From positions 5,890,001-5,954,000 of the forward strand of contig JAQFVV010000006.1 in the NCBI GenBank assembly GCA_028023455.1: a stretch of DNA of 64,000 nt. The letters run 5' to 3'. This stretch comes from Epiperipatus broadwayi. Taxonomy: Eukaryota > Animalia > Onychophora. Position numbers and translations under genes: made by a program. Each line of letters opens with the position of its first letter. The first letter of the stretch is position 1. Below, piece after piece: positions 1 to 13,295 of this stretch. The notes beneath the pieces are model-generated. The model saw only the letters and a list, made by a program, of their open reading frames with translations. It was not told the origin of the DNA and did no database searches.

Positions 1-77
1 GCTCTTAAGATAAAGTGGAGAAATTAGGAGGAACCTCATAGATAAGTATATGAAATTTCTATTGATTGTTGCCTTTG

Positions 78-395
78 GCAGGATGGCTCAGTTGGTTAGA
101 GCGTTACCTTAAAATTCAATAATCAAGAATATAAGGATCCAGGTTCGAATCCAATGCTAGTACTGTCCCTGATCAGTCCAGAAACACCTAAAGAAGAGGG
201 GAGAATAATAACTTTTGAAATGTTGTGTATATATTAATCTGTTTGGTGTGCTATTACTAATAGTTGAATGTATTTGGAATATTTAAATAAAGTTAAATTT
301 TTCTAAAGACATTCAATACATATATTAGATGATAGAAATAGTCCAATATGACTATACAACTAGAACACCATCATCACAAACCTTTAGGAAAACCA
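78..395 (+). mobile_element. Family C: tRNA-headed SINE-like element with a degenerate hammerhead motif
   Basis: A-box TGGCTCAGTTGG (84-95) and B-box GGTTCGAATCC (142-152), followed by ACAC-CTAAAGA-A-GAGGG..CTTTT-GAAA-TGTT-GTGT. The body matches copies at 31795-32075 and 32650-32955. Confidence 0.8.
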
Positions 396-419
396 TTGAT
401 TATAATCCATATAAAGTCA

Positions 420-463
420 TAAGGTTTTATTTATTGTTTTAAGGTTTTATTTATTGTTTTAAG
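420..463. repeat. 20-bp tandem duplication
   Basis: aaggttttatttattgtttt x2. Confidence 0.9.
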
Positions 464-572
464 TACCATTACATAGAAATTTACTGTCAATATAAATATA
501 AGCTTAATATTTAAAAAAGCAAGTCATATATAATGTGACATTACTTTTAATGAGTTTGTAGTTACAAAAATG

Positions 573-916
573 CACATAGAGAGCGTACCAATAGCTCAAA
601 CAAGCTCATAATTAACAAGTTCAGTCCCATATAGCTATTTAAGTTAGATAGCTGGATTTAAAGACATTTTCATGTCCGAAAAATTCAGAGTTTCTTCTTA
701 AATATACGTTTGAAATAAGTGCTGGGTTTTTTTTTTTTTTTTGAGTTGATATTTTAGGTCTAGTGTCCGAATATTCTAGCTCTCCACTGACGTGGGCCAT
801 AAGCTCAAAACCATGGTCTGGAGATAAGAGTGTTCTGGATAGAGATTTTAAATATTTCTCATAACCGCACTTGTTAATTACGAGCTTGTTTGAGCTATTG
901 GTATGCTCTCTATGTG
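573..916. mobile_element. MITE with 48-bp terminal inverted repeats
   Basis: 573-620 CACATAGAGAGCGTACCAATAGCTCAAACAAGCTCATAATTAACAAGT is the reverse complement of 869-916 with 2 mismatches. Flanks are TG and TA, consistent with a decayed TA target-site duplication. Confidence 0.8.
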
Positions 917-1111
917 TAAATATAAGCTTATTGTGTATTTTAAAATTTTGTAGTTTTAATACAATACACTTACACAGTATCACTAAATATTTCAATTTGT
1001 GCTAATTATGGAGAGAAAAGATAATGTTTATTTAAAATTTTAGCAGAATTTGGATTTATAATGAGGAGAAAGGTTTATTAATGAAATCTAAAACCCTGAC
1101 AAATTCAAAAA

Positions 1112-1345
1112 CCTGAAATTAACAGGTATGGATTAATGATTGTCTAATTGTATATCGCTATATTGGATGCTCAAGCTATAACATCATGTTGATCATAAAT
1201 GGTAGTATTTAAAATGGTGAAATCTGAAAGACTGAAAAATTTAATATGCCTGAAACTAATAGGTATGGATTAATGATTATCTATTTGTATAGTGCCATTT
1301 TTAATATTCAACTTATAATATCAAACTGAGCATAATAGTACTATA
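1112..1345. repeat. Diverged tandem duplication, period about 137 bp
   Basis: cctgaaa.taa.aggtatggattaatgatt.tcta.ttgtata at 1112 and 1249. Confidence 0.7.
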
Positions 1346-2529
1346 TAAATAAATACTAATACATTGCTGATGAAGATAATATATATCATGCTAAATTGAA
1401 GGATTTTTTTTATCAATAGATAGTGTTTGGAAAAAAAAGGTGTATAAAAAAATCTTCTAGGTAATAAATGAAGATTTAATATACTTTAATGTTTGTAATA
1501 AGGACATAAATAATATCATGGTTTATCAAATATGTAACATCAAAAACATAAATCCATTCATAGAACAAACAAGACTGAATACAGTACTAAGATAATTCAC
1601 AAGCTGGATCCACAAAGAAACATTTAAATGAACTTGTAAATAATTCAAATTTCTCATCCTTTGGACATACATATCTCAATTTTTTATCTGACAAAATAAA
1701 TTGGCATTGATTTAGCAAAAGTTATGTGTTATTTGTGAATAAACTTGATAATGTATTCAGATGCCGATATTTTTGTTCCATAAATAAGTCTTAATTTCAA
1801 TTGGGATGTAAGGAATGGTGTTATACATTGTATCATAACTCTTACAGATATCATGTCCAGCTACTTGTTCAGACATAGCAACATGAGGGACTGATAACAA
1901 GGGGTCTTCTTTTGATTAGTAGTAACTTAGACAGGTTTACTGTAGTTTTCATTCAACCTACAGAAATGATTATATGATAGGTTGCTACATGTTCATACAC
2001 CTTGGATGGGAATTTAACTTCATATGTATAATGGTGACTCCATTTACTAATAATTTACATATATATATTTTTCACTGAACTGAATATGTAAATGTTGCAC
2101 TTCTTCAGAAACTAACAGGGCACCAGTGTGAACCTCTTAGGAGGTATGCTTCATTGCGATGGATTGCAACGCCATCAACCACAAGGACACATGCTTTGCA
2201 ATCTCAAAGAAATGGAGTAATTAACCTTTGAACTTTGCATAATTTGCATATAATTACTTCACTTAGAGCTATGAAGATGAGAGCACATCTCTTAAAAACA
2301 CTTGCAGACTAATATAATTTTATTTTGTTTTTAAGTAAAAAGTAGCTTTGCAGTCAGGTGCAATAGCGCCTATATTATTTTACAAATATAGTTTCGCACG
2401 CAAAGTTTTCGAGTTAGGTTTGAATTACAATTTAATAGACAACTATATATAATCATATATTTATTTTTATCAAGTTGACTTTCGTTCAAAATTAAACCTT
2501 GTCAAGATATTCTGTTAATTCAAAATGTA

Positions 2530-3158
2530 TTTAGCATACCCTCTTTCCAATTTTTATTTAATACCCAATTTTACTCCCAACTCTATTGTCCCTTGTACTA
2601 AATTCATACATTTTTCTTTATTTTTTTGTATACATTGTCTCATACACTTACCTTTCTTAATGATTTCTTCAGTATTTGATCACTTCAATACTTTCATCAC
2701 ATTTCATAACATACCCTGTTTCTAAAAAAATGCCAAAATGGTCCTCTCCTATTTATTTCTCTGTCATGCTCTTTCCCCCTTTTTATCTTACTTTTTACTG
2801 ACTGACTTATACATGTCATCATAGTTCCCTTATACATAATTTTATATACTATTCCTATCTTATCACTCCTATCATTTCTCACTAACTTTTTTAATGTTTT
2901 ACTATTTTTCCATCCTAAATCTCTATTTCCATTCATTTTTTCTTTCCTATTATTCAGAAATTTTATATATCTCCTTTGAATATGGAATAGAAAATTCATT
3001 TTCTTATTCTTTCTTTCATTTTTATTATCAACTTTCTTATATCCACTTCTATCCCTCAATATAGATCTCATAACCCTACAAGTATGTCCATATTTAGTGT
3101 ATTCCTTCTGGATATGCAACTTTTGCTCCATTGCTTCCTTTTTAGTCAATGTAAACAT
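2530..3158 (-). mobile_element. Penelope-like element remnant (GIY-YIG endonuclease end of ORF)
   Basis: ORF 2697-3158 contains WKNSKTLKKLV...KIGIVYKIMYKGTMMTCISQSVKSKIKRGKEHDREI, resembling the PLE GIY-YIG pattern G.VY.I.C....YIGQ..R....R.KEH.R.I. It continues past a stop into ...IQKNKEKCMNL, typical of PLE C-termini. Confidence 0.65.
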
Positions 3159-3654
3159 ATCCTATATATATGTACACATGCAATACTTATTGTCTATACA
3201 AAAAAAATTAGAACTTAATACAACAAACCAGTAATTCAATGCCCATAGACATATAATACTACTCCCATTAGTGATAAAAACTATATATAGTATTGTTTAT
3301 ATTAGTCAGTTAATTAATCATTGGTTGATTAATCCAATTATCTGTCTCTTCATTAGAGATATGCCCAGCATGGCTTAATGTGGTAGTAGAATGATGAACT
3401 CTAGAGCCCATGTTTACAATTAAGATTCCATATTTTCCTGTGTTTGAACTTCTGATAAAATCCTGAAAAGTAGATCATTGGATTACTTATTATGTGAATT
3501 AACAGACAGAATATCCTGTCAACTAAGAATGCCATTACCATCGAAAATGTGTAAATGAATGAAATGTTTGTGCTCAAAATATCATATGATGCTCAAATAT
3601 TGTTTTATAAACTCAGCTTTATAAATAAAAGATCTGGACAATTAAAGAAAAATA

Positions 3655-4628
3655 CACCTGGGTCTCTTTTTACGCAGATTTATTTAATGCGATTTTGAAG
3701 TTACGCGATTCACGTTTCTCCGGAAGTCGAACTCCGATATTGCGCTACTACTTTAAATAATAAATTTTGTGTACTTACGTTATATTGAAAGTAATAGCAC
3801 ATTATTGGAATTCGACTTTCATCTTAGTAATTTCAATATTTTCAGTGCTTTATAATAGTAAGATTTTATGCAATAATGAAATTAAAATCATGATTTCCAC
3901 ATTTTATGTATACACACATTAAATTTTACAAGATTATAATGTAAATTTGTTCAAACATTGTGCGTGTTAATTTTGAATTTTAAATCACATTCTGTTTTTG
4001 CTTTTTAAAAAAGAACATAATCAATTATTAATCATTTAGTGTCCGCAAGTTTATTTTTAAAAGATGAGTTAATAGCAGTGGGCACAATTAAAATTGAAAA
4101 TTAAAAAATTAAAGACAAAAATAAGAATTTAATTTTTAATTGTTAGATTAATTACTAATTACATTGTCACCAGAAAACCATTAACACAACATGAGAGTGA
4201 CGTTGGCGCTAGTTGTAGTTTCTCTTGTGAAGAATCTGATTTTTTATCAGTTTGCAAATGAATGTGTTTATCGGCAAATAGCAATAATAATTAAAACGTG
4301 TATTAAAAAATGTAAATTACTGTACTGTAAATTATGCATAAAAATATATTATTTTGAAAAAAATTAAATATTATAGTTAAAAAAAGTTTGTCTTGTATCA
4401 ATTTTTTTCAAATTTGAAATTTTTTATTAGTCATATTTTATTTCCTTATTTTTTTTTTTTGCACGAATTTTAAAGTAATTTAAGTTGGTGGTTTGCTTTT
4501 ATGCGATTTTTGAAAAATCACAGTCCGTATCCCCCCTTTTTCAAGGTAAGTTACGTCTATTTTTGCACGATTTCGTTTGCGTGTGTTTTTTGAGGAACCT
4601 ATCTATCGTGTAAAATGAGATCCAGGTG
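3655..4628. mobile_element. Tc1/pogo (Tigger-like) non-autonomous DNA transposon, 974 bp
   Basis: TA|CACCTGGGTCTCTTTTTACGC at the left end and CGTGTAAAATGAGATCCAGGTG|TA at the right: TIRs with a TA duplication. CpG-richer subterminal regions. Confidence 0.8.
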
Positions 4629-6939
4629 TATATAAATTGCCAATGGCACAAACAGACTAATTGGAAAGCTAAATTAGTGGATCCAATCATTTTTCAGCAA
4701 GTACAGAAATCTCTCTACATACCAAGTTCTGTTTGTGTGGGTAAGGCAAACAACTTCAGCAATGGTTGATGTTAGACAACAGTAGCCATACTGTCCACTG
4801 TGTGACAGAATGCAATGATGCCTGCTCAAACCTGGAGCAGGAATCTTCTAAATACTGACATCATCATACCTAGGCATGAGATGAGCCACCTGTAGGACGG
4901 AAGTGACAGATATTCAAAAAAGAGATTCCTAGCATTCCTTCTCAAGTATTAATTATATTTCTAATAAATTACATGTTCTTTATTCAGAAGCTTTAATGGA
5001 GGTGAACCACTGTATTATATATATATATTATTGCAAATACTTTTAATTAATTTATCATTTACTTAACAAATTGTATGCTGTTATTGGGTGACAGAACGTT
5101 AATCCAACTATACAACAAATAAACACACAAAGCAGATGAGTTAACCATGCTGAATATGGCATTCTAATATATATTCTCAATGCTATAGACTTTTCAATTT
5201 ATCTGTAACACTTTGAAGTGGCTTTTAAATAACCCTCTGCATCACAAGGTTCTCTTCAATGGTACTTTCAAAAGAGAATAGACATTTCACACTGGCTTGT
5301 TGATTTCCATCTATTGAATGCTTTGAATGTTTGCCCATTTTATTTTACCTTACAGCTAAAAGTAGCTAGGTATTCATTTACCAACCAACACTGGATTATT
5401 TATTTCAAGGAATGCAGAGATATTACATCTGCCTACCATCATTACTAAAGTCAAGTTTGAATTCAGGCTAAGTAAATTTATTTCAAAAAAGAATTTGCTG
5501 GCTATATCTAATCCAGCTAATCATTTAACAATGATCAGTAAATGGGTATCTAACTATTCTTAAGTAAGGTGTCAAATGCAGATGGAAAACTATTGTTTTT
5601 TCCTTCACTATTTCCATAGGAGGGATCTTTGCCCTGTCGTGACCTATTTATTAAAATGAATATTTTATAGATAGTTTGTTTAACTAGCTACTCAAAAAAA
5701 AAAAATCTAAACCTGGTTCAAACTAAGTTGTGAGCATATTAAGCTATATTTACGCCATGAAGTTCTGGTAGTACTTGTCTTTTCTTTTTTAAATGTAGAA
5801 ACAGGTTTTTAAAATTACTTCGTTTTTATTTTTCAAGATTCTAAAACTGTGAAACATGCCATTAATTAAAAAGATATGAATTAAATGCACAATATGGTAA
5901 ACTTCATTACTTTTTTTTCATTTGATTTCGCATTGTTAATTTTAATGACGAAGATGAGTTCTAAAACGGACATTTTTAACGAGTACAGATAAACATACTT
6001 CAACCATTATCAGCTAATGGCGAATTCTAGCAGTTTTTACGGTGTGTTTTTAATAGGAATTTTATCAATATGGGAGCAACTACTGTATTCAAGAACTTTG
6101 GCGTTATGAGCAACCTGAGGGGTGACCTTTGAACTTTTTTAGATTATTGAAGGCAATGACATTCGACGAAATCTTGTTTCTCAAAGATTATAATTAACCC
6201 TTTACCACCCACGAACTGAGCATTTTCTATGTTCTTATAAAACATTCCCGTGTGTGTTGAAAACTTGTAAAAGTTATAAAAACAAACTTCTTTAATTCTT
6301 AATGGAACTGTAACTTGGAGAGAATGCCAGAAATGAATAAAATAAATAGTACGATGTGTGTGGAGGGATAAAAAATTTATATATATAAAAGATTTAGTCT
6401 CAATATATATATATATATGCAAAGGCTTCATGATATAGTGGGAGTATATCCGGTTAACTGGGTTCAAATCTGGTCTGGAAAAAAATTGATGGAAAGTTCT
6501 AAGCGAGCGTAGAATTTTTTATTTTTGATGGGCGACCTTATAGGCAATCCAGTAACCACCCAACGATGGTTGGTAACTGGGTATGTAATTACTTCAAACT
6601 AAATGATAAAACATGGGTAAAACATCCAAAATCTCACCTGTTGATAATTGCAAGTTTCACCCATCATTATTCCTTTATAAGGGGTTGTGAAAAAGATCTT
6701 TTCCTGAAATCGTCAATTTGAATGCAAACAAAATAGTCTTTTTGATAAGTACAGTAGTCAACCATAAGACAAAGACCTCTTGAACTGCCGTTTATAGAGG
6801 GAACAGTAAAAGAAAAGACAGTGCTCAAGAAGTTTCCCAAATCCTGATAGATGAAAATTTGGACAGTTTGAGTAAAATACCCATTTTCTGACCAAACTTG
6901 GATGTTCAACTGGATTGACAATGTCTAGCTATCTAGGAG

Positions 6940-7035
6940 AAAACTCCTAAGACACTTAAAAAGTTTTACTTAGCCTGGATTCAAACTCCAGATTATAGGC
7001 ATAGCAGATGAATCCACTACCTCTGTAACATTAGG
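6940..7035 (-). mobile_element. Old tRNA-derived SINE fragment
   Basis: Minus strand carries a B-box-like GAGTTTGAATCCAGGCTAAGTAAA; the same stretch recurs on the plus strand near 5455-5480. Confidence 0.45.
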
Positions 7036-7428
7036 CTAATTTTATTTTTATCTTATCTACCTATACTATATTATAACGGTCAGGGTGGATGTGAAATTTT
7101 CCAGTCTAACCATATCTGCATTACAGGGCACCACTAGGCTACTTGAACCTAGAAAATTTATAGAGTAGGCAGATACGCGCTGTTAAAGAGCCAACTTTTA
7201 CACATATAAGTTATTTCAACCATCAGCCCTAGTCACTAGCTCATGGAGTAACAGAGGTTTTAAAACTATATTTATTAAAATATATTTCAATAAAGATTAA
7301 AAAAAAATAAAAAAATTAGATCACTGTCAGTACTAATAACACAAAAGATTTTATTCACATATATATAGGTGATAACACACAAACTTGAAAAATAATTAGT
7401 ATAAAAAAATTGTTTCATGTTTTTTTTT

Positions 7429-7430
<2 letters not shown>

Positions 7431-7460
<30 letters not shown>
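7431..7460. repeat. (TAT)10 microsatellite
   Basis: Read directly from the sequence. Confidence 0.95.
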
Positions 7461-9268
7461 CTTTTTTTAACCTTAATTTTTAATCTTAGAATGTTGAGCA
7501 TGGATAGGCAACCTAGACAACGCACTTAAAAGATTTTCAAAACATTTGACTCCAGGCTAAAGGTCTGCAACCATGCCAATGCTCACTTCCAAATATATAT
7601 CTGCAACCAATGCAATGTGAACATATTAGCATCAAACCAAGCTGACAGGACTGTGCATCAGACAGCATGATATTATTTGAGAAAACATGACCTTCGTCCA
7701 GTACAGGAATGTACGTCTGTCTGGTGAAGGAATCATGCATGTAATATAACAAAGAGAATAACATTTTGTATGGATGGGAGAGCGATCTATCTTACCAACT
7801 TATCATCCCAATCCATAGAGCTGGAATGGGTCAATGTGCAGGAAATATGTCTGTGTCCATTGCAACGATATGACTGCCTCTTTGGGGTCATGCATTCAGT
7901 TGGGCTCATCACCCTTATGTGCTAACACACTTCACATTACATTAATGTAAATGTCTATATATCTCTCCACCAGCCTTGACACAACTACGAAACAAATAGT
8001 CCGAAATCAAATCCCCTTTAAACTAACATATACTTAAAAATGAGTCAAAGCAGCTATCCATACTCAACTTAAATTTAAGTCAATTTAATAATTTAATTCT
8101 TTAAAAAAAATATTTAGTTTACACTATTTAACCTATTTTAAAATTACATTACATTCAACTTATTTTTTTTCTCTTTTACACAAATAATATTTTTGACCTA
8201 TTTTTAAAATCCAGTAATGCACAAATAATGATGCATATATCTTTCAATTTTATGTTTGCAATCGCAAACCCCTAGCCTATTACAAACAAATCTTTTACTA
8301 AGCATAAATAAAAAAAATACAATACATTTTTAAAAAAAATTACGTTTAAACTTTAGAAAAGAATTTAAAATTGCAAAGTTTATAAAAAAAGAAAGTTCTG
8401 GTTTGATTTGGAAAGAAAGTCCATAGTTCATATTTAAAGAAAATTAAAGTTCAGAGATTTTAAATTGAACAGTTTATATTTCATATTTATAATTTATACT
8501 TTCTATTCTCCATGCTCATTCATTCACGATGAACATCTGAGTTTATGCGAGGGCCATTTCTTGCTGACAATGACAATTTTATGAAGATTACCGAAGATGT
8601 TATTAGTGGTTCGATGCTGGGATCCATGGAGATGAAGGCTTCCTTCGGCTGGCTGAACCGAAGGAAGCTATTAAAATAGATTACATTTTTGGTAACAGTG
8701 TCTATAGCCTTTTAACTTTTTAGCAATGACAATGGGTTCAAAATTCTAATCTTCTAATTCTCTAATTAATTATTTCTTTTGGATTTTTCTTTTTATAGTC
8801 CTCAGGCATCTTATCTCTGGAATGCACGGATCCATCAAACATATTCTATATCTGCATTTCACTGGTTCATTGAGTTTGTGGCTAAGTAGATTTTGGGTTT
8901 GTGGCTAAGTGGATTTTTCCACTGAAGTCTGTGTCTATATCTTTGGGCAGGAAAAGCAAGTCTTTTGTTTCTACTCCTCGACTCTTATCTATTTCATAAT
9001 CATTTTCTTTTCAATGGTCATTTTGCCCCAAGGATCTGTTTGTAATTTTTATTTTTAAGATTAAAAACTCTCTTCATTATTTTTACAATCAAAAGGTTTT
9101 TATTATATTTTATTTAAAGATTAGAATCTTTGCTTCGATTCTATAATTTTTTAAAACTTATCTTATTTCAATATTTAAATCAAACATATTTGTGCATTTT
9201 GAACGTTCGTGCTTTTAATTCAGCATTAGATATTTGCAAAAACATTAAGTACTAGAATTTAAATGTAA

Positions 9269-9271
<3 letters not shown>

Positions 9272-9301
<30 letters not shown>
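9272..9301. repeat. (AT)15 microsatellite
   Basis: Read directly from the sequence. Confidence 0.95.
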
Positions 9302-9304
<3 letters not shown>

Positions 9305-9699
9305 GTTACAATATATTACAGAATGTGAATTTAGGAATATTGGCAAATCACTGTATAAGAAAGATGGCAATCATAAGACTGTAAGAATGTTTGAATTTTT
9401 TTTTTCTAATTAGGAATTGATTAAGAAACTATTATTTGTGAATCCAACACTTTATCATGAGCTAATTGCAAATGATAATATCAATGATGCATCACATGAA
9501 CCTATTTCACATAATGCCTATATAATGATATTCAGCAACAAATTCTTTTCACCATTATTATATGCCACTTAAAATACTGTTTTCAGATCTAAATGACTAT
9601 ACAAGCAAGTTGGGTTAGATTGAAAATGGTTTACAGCTCTATAGCAAAATAGAGAAATAAAAAATGGTTTCTAGAGGAGAGGTGTAATAGATCCAAAAA

Positions 9700-9830
9700 G
9701 TTCAGTAACACTGCTCCAAGATCCAAACTTCCTCACTGAAGAAGTCATAAGCTAGAAATTAATGTAAAGATATTGGATAAGACAGCATTAGACAGTAATT
9801 TATTAAAAACTATTATCTGGCATCTATTGT
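9700..9830 (+). mobile_element. Family A HHR element, old diverged copy
   Basis: gatccaaacttcctcaCTGAAGAagtcataagctaGAAAttaatg..gatattggata aligns to the family A consensus; the catalytic triplet is lost. Confidence 0.6.
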
Positions 9831-11582
9831 TTACTAATGCTTACACCAGGAGGAAATAGTGGTGAGAAAGAATTAGATTCAAAAGATCTTAGCTGTGAGA
9901 GCAATTGTTGCACTAATGTATCACTAGCCCATATCCTCACGCAAGTGTCTATACCATATGATTTCTTATGTTTACGTATATTATGTTATCAACGATAATT
10001 GGATTAGGCTTGCAAGAAAGAATAACTGGTACTTCAGTATTATTCCTGCTATGATGTATTACTCCAATGGTGTCTTACTCTAAGTTTGTGATATGTTTAA
10101 AATAACACCTCCAAGAAATGTGTGGACAAACAATCTATAAAATTTGTCCCTAGAACCCATGGATGGGTTATTTTAAACATATCACAAACATAAAATAATA
10201 TGTCACTAGGAATCAGTAATAAATAATAATACCAGGAGTAAGTAATACATAATAATACAGTGTCATGTGAAAGTTCAAATCTAAAAAAATAATGGAGATA
10301 TATATTCATTATAGAAAGAGGAAAAAATACTACACTACTAAATAAAGCAGGTACTTATGAATTGTGTCTTTTTGGTATGACAGTACTTATCATCAAATTC
10401 ATCTTTCCCCCTCCTGGCTTACTATAGCACTTTGTGCCATCATATTCTACATGTAATAGTAAACATCAAATCTAAAAAAATGTACTTTCCAATGATGGGA
10501 GAGATTTATTCACTATGGAAAAAGAAATATGAAAAGAACTTTGAAACACTTTTTTTAAATAGTGAGTTGTAACAAAGTTTTAGATTTCCATTATTTTTAC
10601 CCCCCCCCCCCCAAATGGCGAACTGTAAGTTTAACCTTATATTTTAATTATTTTTTAACACCCCTCCCTCCACAAATATAACAACTTTTAACTGTAAATG
10701 TATGTAATATTTACTAAGGCTTTAACCTCAAGAATATGCATGTAAAAATGTGATATTAGGGACCTCTACAGGTCTTTACCACAAGCTTAAGCTTTGGAAG
10801 AAAGTTTAGCAAAAAAAAAACATAAATATTATAACTTTTACAGCTGTATTTTTAAATAATAATAATAAATACTTAAAAATAATGTGATACATTTGCTGCA
10901 AGTTTAACGTTATATTTTAAATATGTATATTTTTTTAAATCACAAAGCCTTAGCAAAAAAAAAAAACACAAATATATAAAAGTAAATGTATTTTTTAAAT
11001 ATAAAACTGTATTACTTACAATGATGCGAGAGATGTATTATATTGTGTTTGGGGGGGGGGGGATACTATGGTAGAATGAACCATTTAATGTAACCTAAAA
11101 TGGAAAGGAAAGGTTCAGTTTATTTGACATGAATTAGTCACATGAGGATTTTTGGTTACCATAACACCGTAAATGAAAACTTTGAATAAATATCACCAGA
11201 TGAAAATGTCACCAGAGAAATAAATCATAGCAGGAATAATACCAAAGTACTGAATAACCAATGCCTAATATAAGTTATTTATAGGTGAACGCTATTGTGA
11301 AATGTCTAGAGCGGACAGATATCAATTCATTATATTGCATTAGCCAATGACAAAAAAAAATAATCATGGTTACTGTTATACAAAATAATTTATGCTACAA
11401 AAGTGATTTAAAAATGATGAATAATTATGATTTTTATACAGCTTATCATACAGATAAGGTGCGCAACTCGTGTTACCATCTCCAGAGGGATCACAAAATG
11501 CTTAAGAAATTCTCTTCAGTTTTGGATAATGACAATTTCTTTTTAAAAGAATTTTTAAAAAGTAGTTAAAAACAGCATAAAA

Positions 11583-11638
11583 ACATTGATGGCCTAGTGG
11601 TTAGCATAGCTGCCTTTCAAGCAGCTGGCCCAGGTTCG
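11583..11638 (+). pseudogene. tRNA-Gly(TCC)-derived pseudogene, 3'-truncated
   Basis: ..tggcctagtggttagcatagctgcctttcaagcagctggcccaggttcg matches the eukaryotic tRNA-Gly(TCC) body (GGTTAGCATAGCTGCCTTCCAAGCAG). The anticodon now reads TTC and the sequence stops in the T-loop with no 3' acceptor strand. Confidence 0.75.
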
Positions 11639-11776
11639 TTTATTGTAATTTATTTTTTTCATAAGTATACAATTCATTTCACATATTTCATTTCAAATTG
11701 TATCAGCTTAATATTAAATATTACAAAATATAATTATTATAAATTTATTTAAATGCACATTCATTATGTAAATAAT

Positions 11777-12373
11777 ATTCATTAAGGCTGTAGCCTCAAT
11801 CACATGTGTATAAAATGCGATAGTAGGGACCTCTATAGGTCTTAAACCACAAGCTTACTCTTGGAAGAAAAGAGGAGAACCCTTCTTTACTTCAACCTAC
11901 TTTCTATTTAAATAGGTGAAGCTGAAGCAGTTCGATCTGAGAGTGTGAAGCTATTCAATACTTCACTAATTAAGTCCACATTTCTTATTACACATTAATA
12001 CTCGTGAAATCTTTCGCAGCGAGTTAATGGAAAGATTTTATAGTGAGAAATCTATTACGATAATTTAAAGTTGTAATTATAAATTTATTTAAATGCACAT
12101 TCATTATGTAAATAATATTCATTAAGGCTGTAGCCTCAATCACATGCATATTAATGTGTAATAGGAAATGTGGACTTAATTAGTGAAGCATTGAATAGCT
12201 TCACACTCTCAGATCGAACCGCTTCAGCTTCACCTATTTAAATAGAAAGTAGGTTGAAGTAAAGAATGGTTCCCCTCTTTTCTTCCAAAAGTAAGCTTGT
12301 GGTTTTAAGACCTGTAGAGGTCCCTACTATCACATTTTATACGCATGTGATTGAGGCTACAGCTTTAATGAAT
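11777..12373. mobile_element. Fold-back/MITE element with about 225-bp inverted arms
   Basis: 11777-12000 is the reverse complement of 12149-12373 with few mismatches. A partial left arm also occurs at about 10722-10802. Confidence 0.85.
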
Positions 12374-12779
12374 AAAATATAATTATGTATATTAGTTAAA
12401 AATACTATCATTTTACTATGGATATCCTTACATTCTCATGTTTATAATTTAGGCATGGTAAAAGCAAATAATGGATCATGTCCAATTTTCATCCACAGAA
12501 GGTGACTGCAAGTGTAAAAAGGTTGGGCACCACAGAACTATGTATGTGCGTCAAAATAATTAATTTATAAAGAAATTTGTAAGATTCCTAATTTTTTTCA
12601 TTCCTTTTAAAGTAACACTTGGATAAAGTAAAATATTAAGTAACATATGGAATCATTCCAACTGCTTCTATGCTTAGGAGTATCTTAACCTCTAATTTGA
12701 ACATTGTAAATACAAACCCTATCGATAATTAATTTACTCAGGAATTTATACAAAGTTCAAGCATTGAAAATCTGGCATT

Positions 12780-13200
12780 GCAATCCATGTACATTAAATG
12801 CCAGAGTCTGCAGCTCAATCTCTACATTAAACCATGCAAAGTAAAGAATCTTATGGTATTACAGCAGCATATTCTGCCATACCTACAGTCTGGGTTTGAA
12901 TTCAGACAAATACAATTAATTTTTTTCCAACAATTTTTGAATTTTTCAAGTATCCACAAATGGTCAGTAAACAGATATCAAAATAATTTTAGCTAACAGC
13001 AAATAAGATTTGAGAGCATGAAAGTTGTTAACACACTTGATCACATTTTACTTCAAATAAGCAATGTATTGATAAGCAGTTTGTGTAAGATGAATAATTG
13101 TGGGACATTCTATTAATCTTACACTACAATACAGCATTGGCATCATGCAAATCTTTATGTGGATGTTTATAATCCAGATAATGCTGTATTCAATATAATG
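12780..13200 (+). mobile_element. Highly decayed L1/Tx1-type reverse transcriptase fragment
   Basis: Frame-hopping traces resembling ILPYLQS..., DIKIILA..NR and ..VD....DN of L1-type RT domains 1-3; many stops. Confidence 0.35.
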
Positions 13201-13254
13201 TTTTAATATACATAAACTTAATTATTTAAAAATTAATGGTAATAAAATAGATGT

Positions 13255-13295
13255 CCCATGCCCCAGACTAGTTTTTGGGCAATTGGCCTTCATCG
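13255..13295 (-). mobile_element. Family A HHR fragment
   Basis: Minus strand reads gatgaaggccaattgcccaaaaactagtctggggc; core decayed. Confidence 0.55.

Noticed and set aside
495-930. 13-bp direct repeat aaatataagctta flanking the 573-916 MITE as a TSD
   Set aside because: The left copy lies about 65 bp outside the TIR, and the AT-rich sequence makes chance plausible.
6190-6220. TTAACCCTTTACCACCCAC as a piggyBac left end
   Set aside because: I found no matching right TIR with TTAA.
10599-11062. Poly-C (about 10599-10612) and poly-G (about 11050-11062) tracts as a paired structure or G-quadruplex element
   Set aside because: Isolated homopolymer runs like others in the window, with no surrounding inverted homology.
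11583-11638. Functional tRNA gene
   Set aside because: Truncated in the T-loop with no 3' acceptor strand, and the anticodon is altered.
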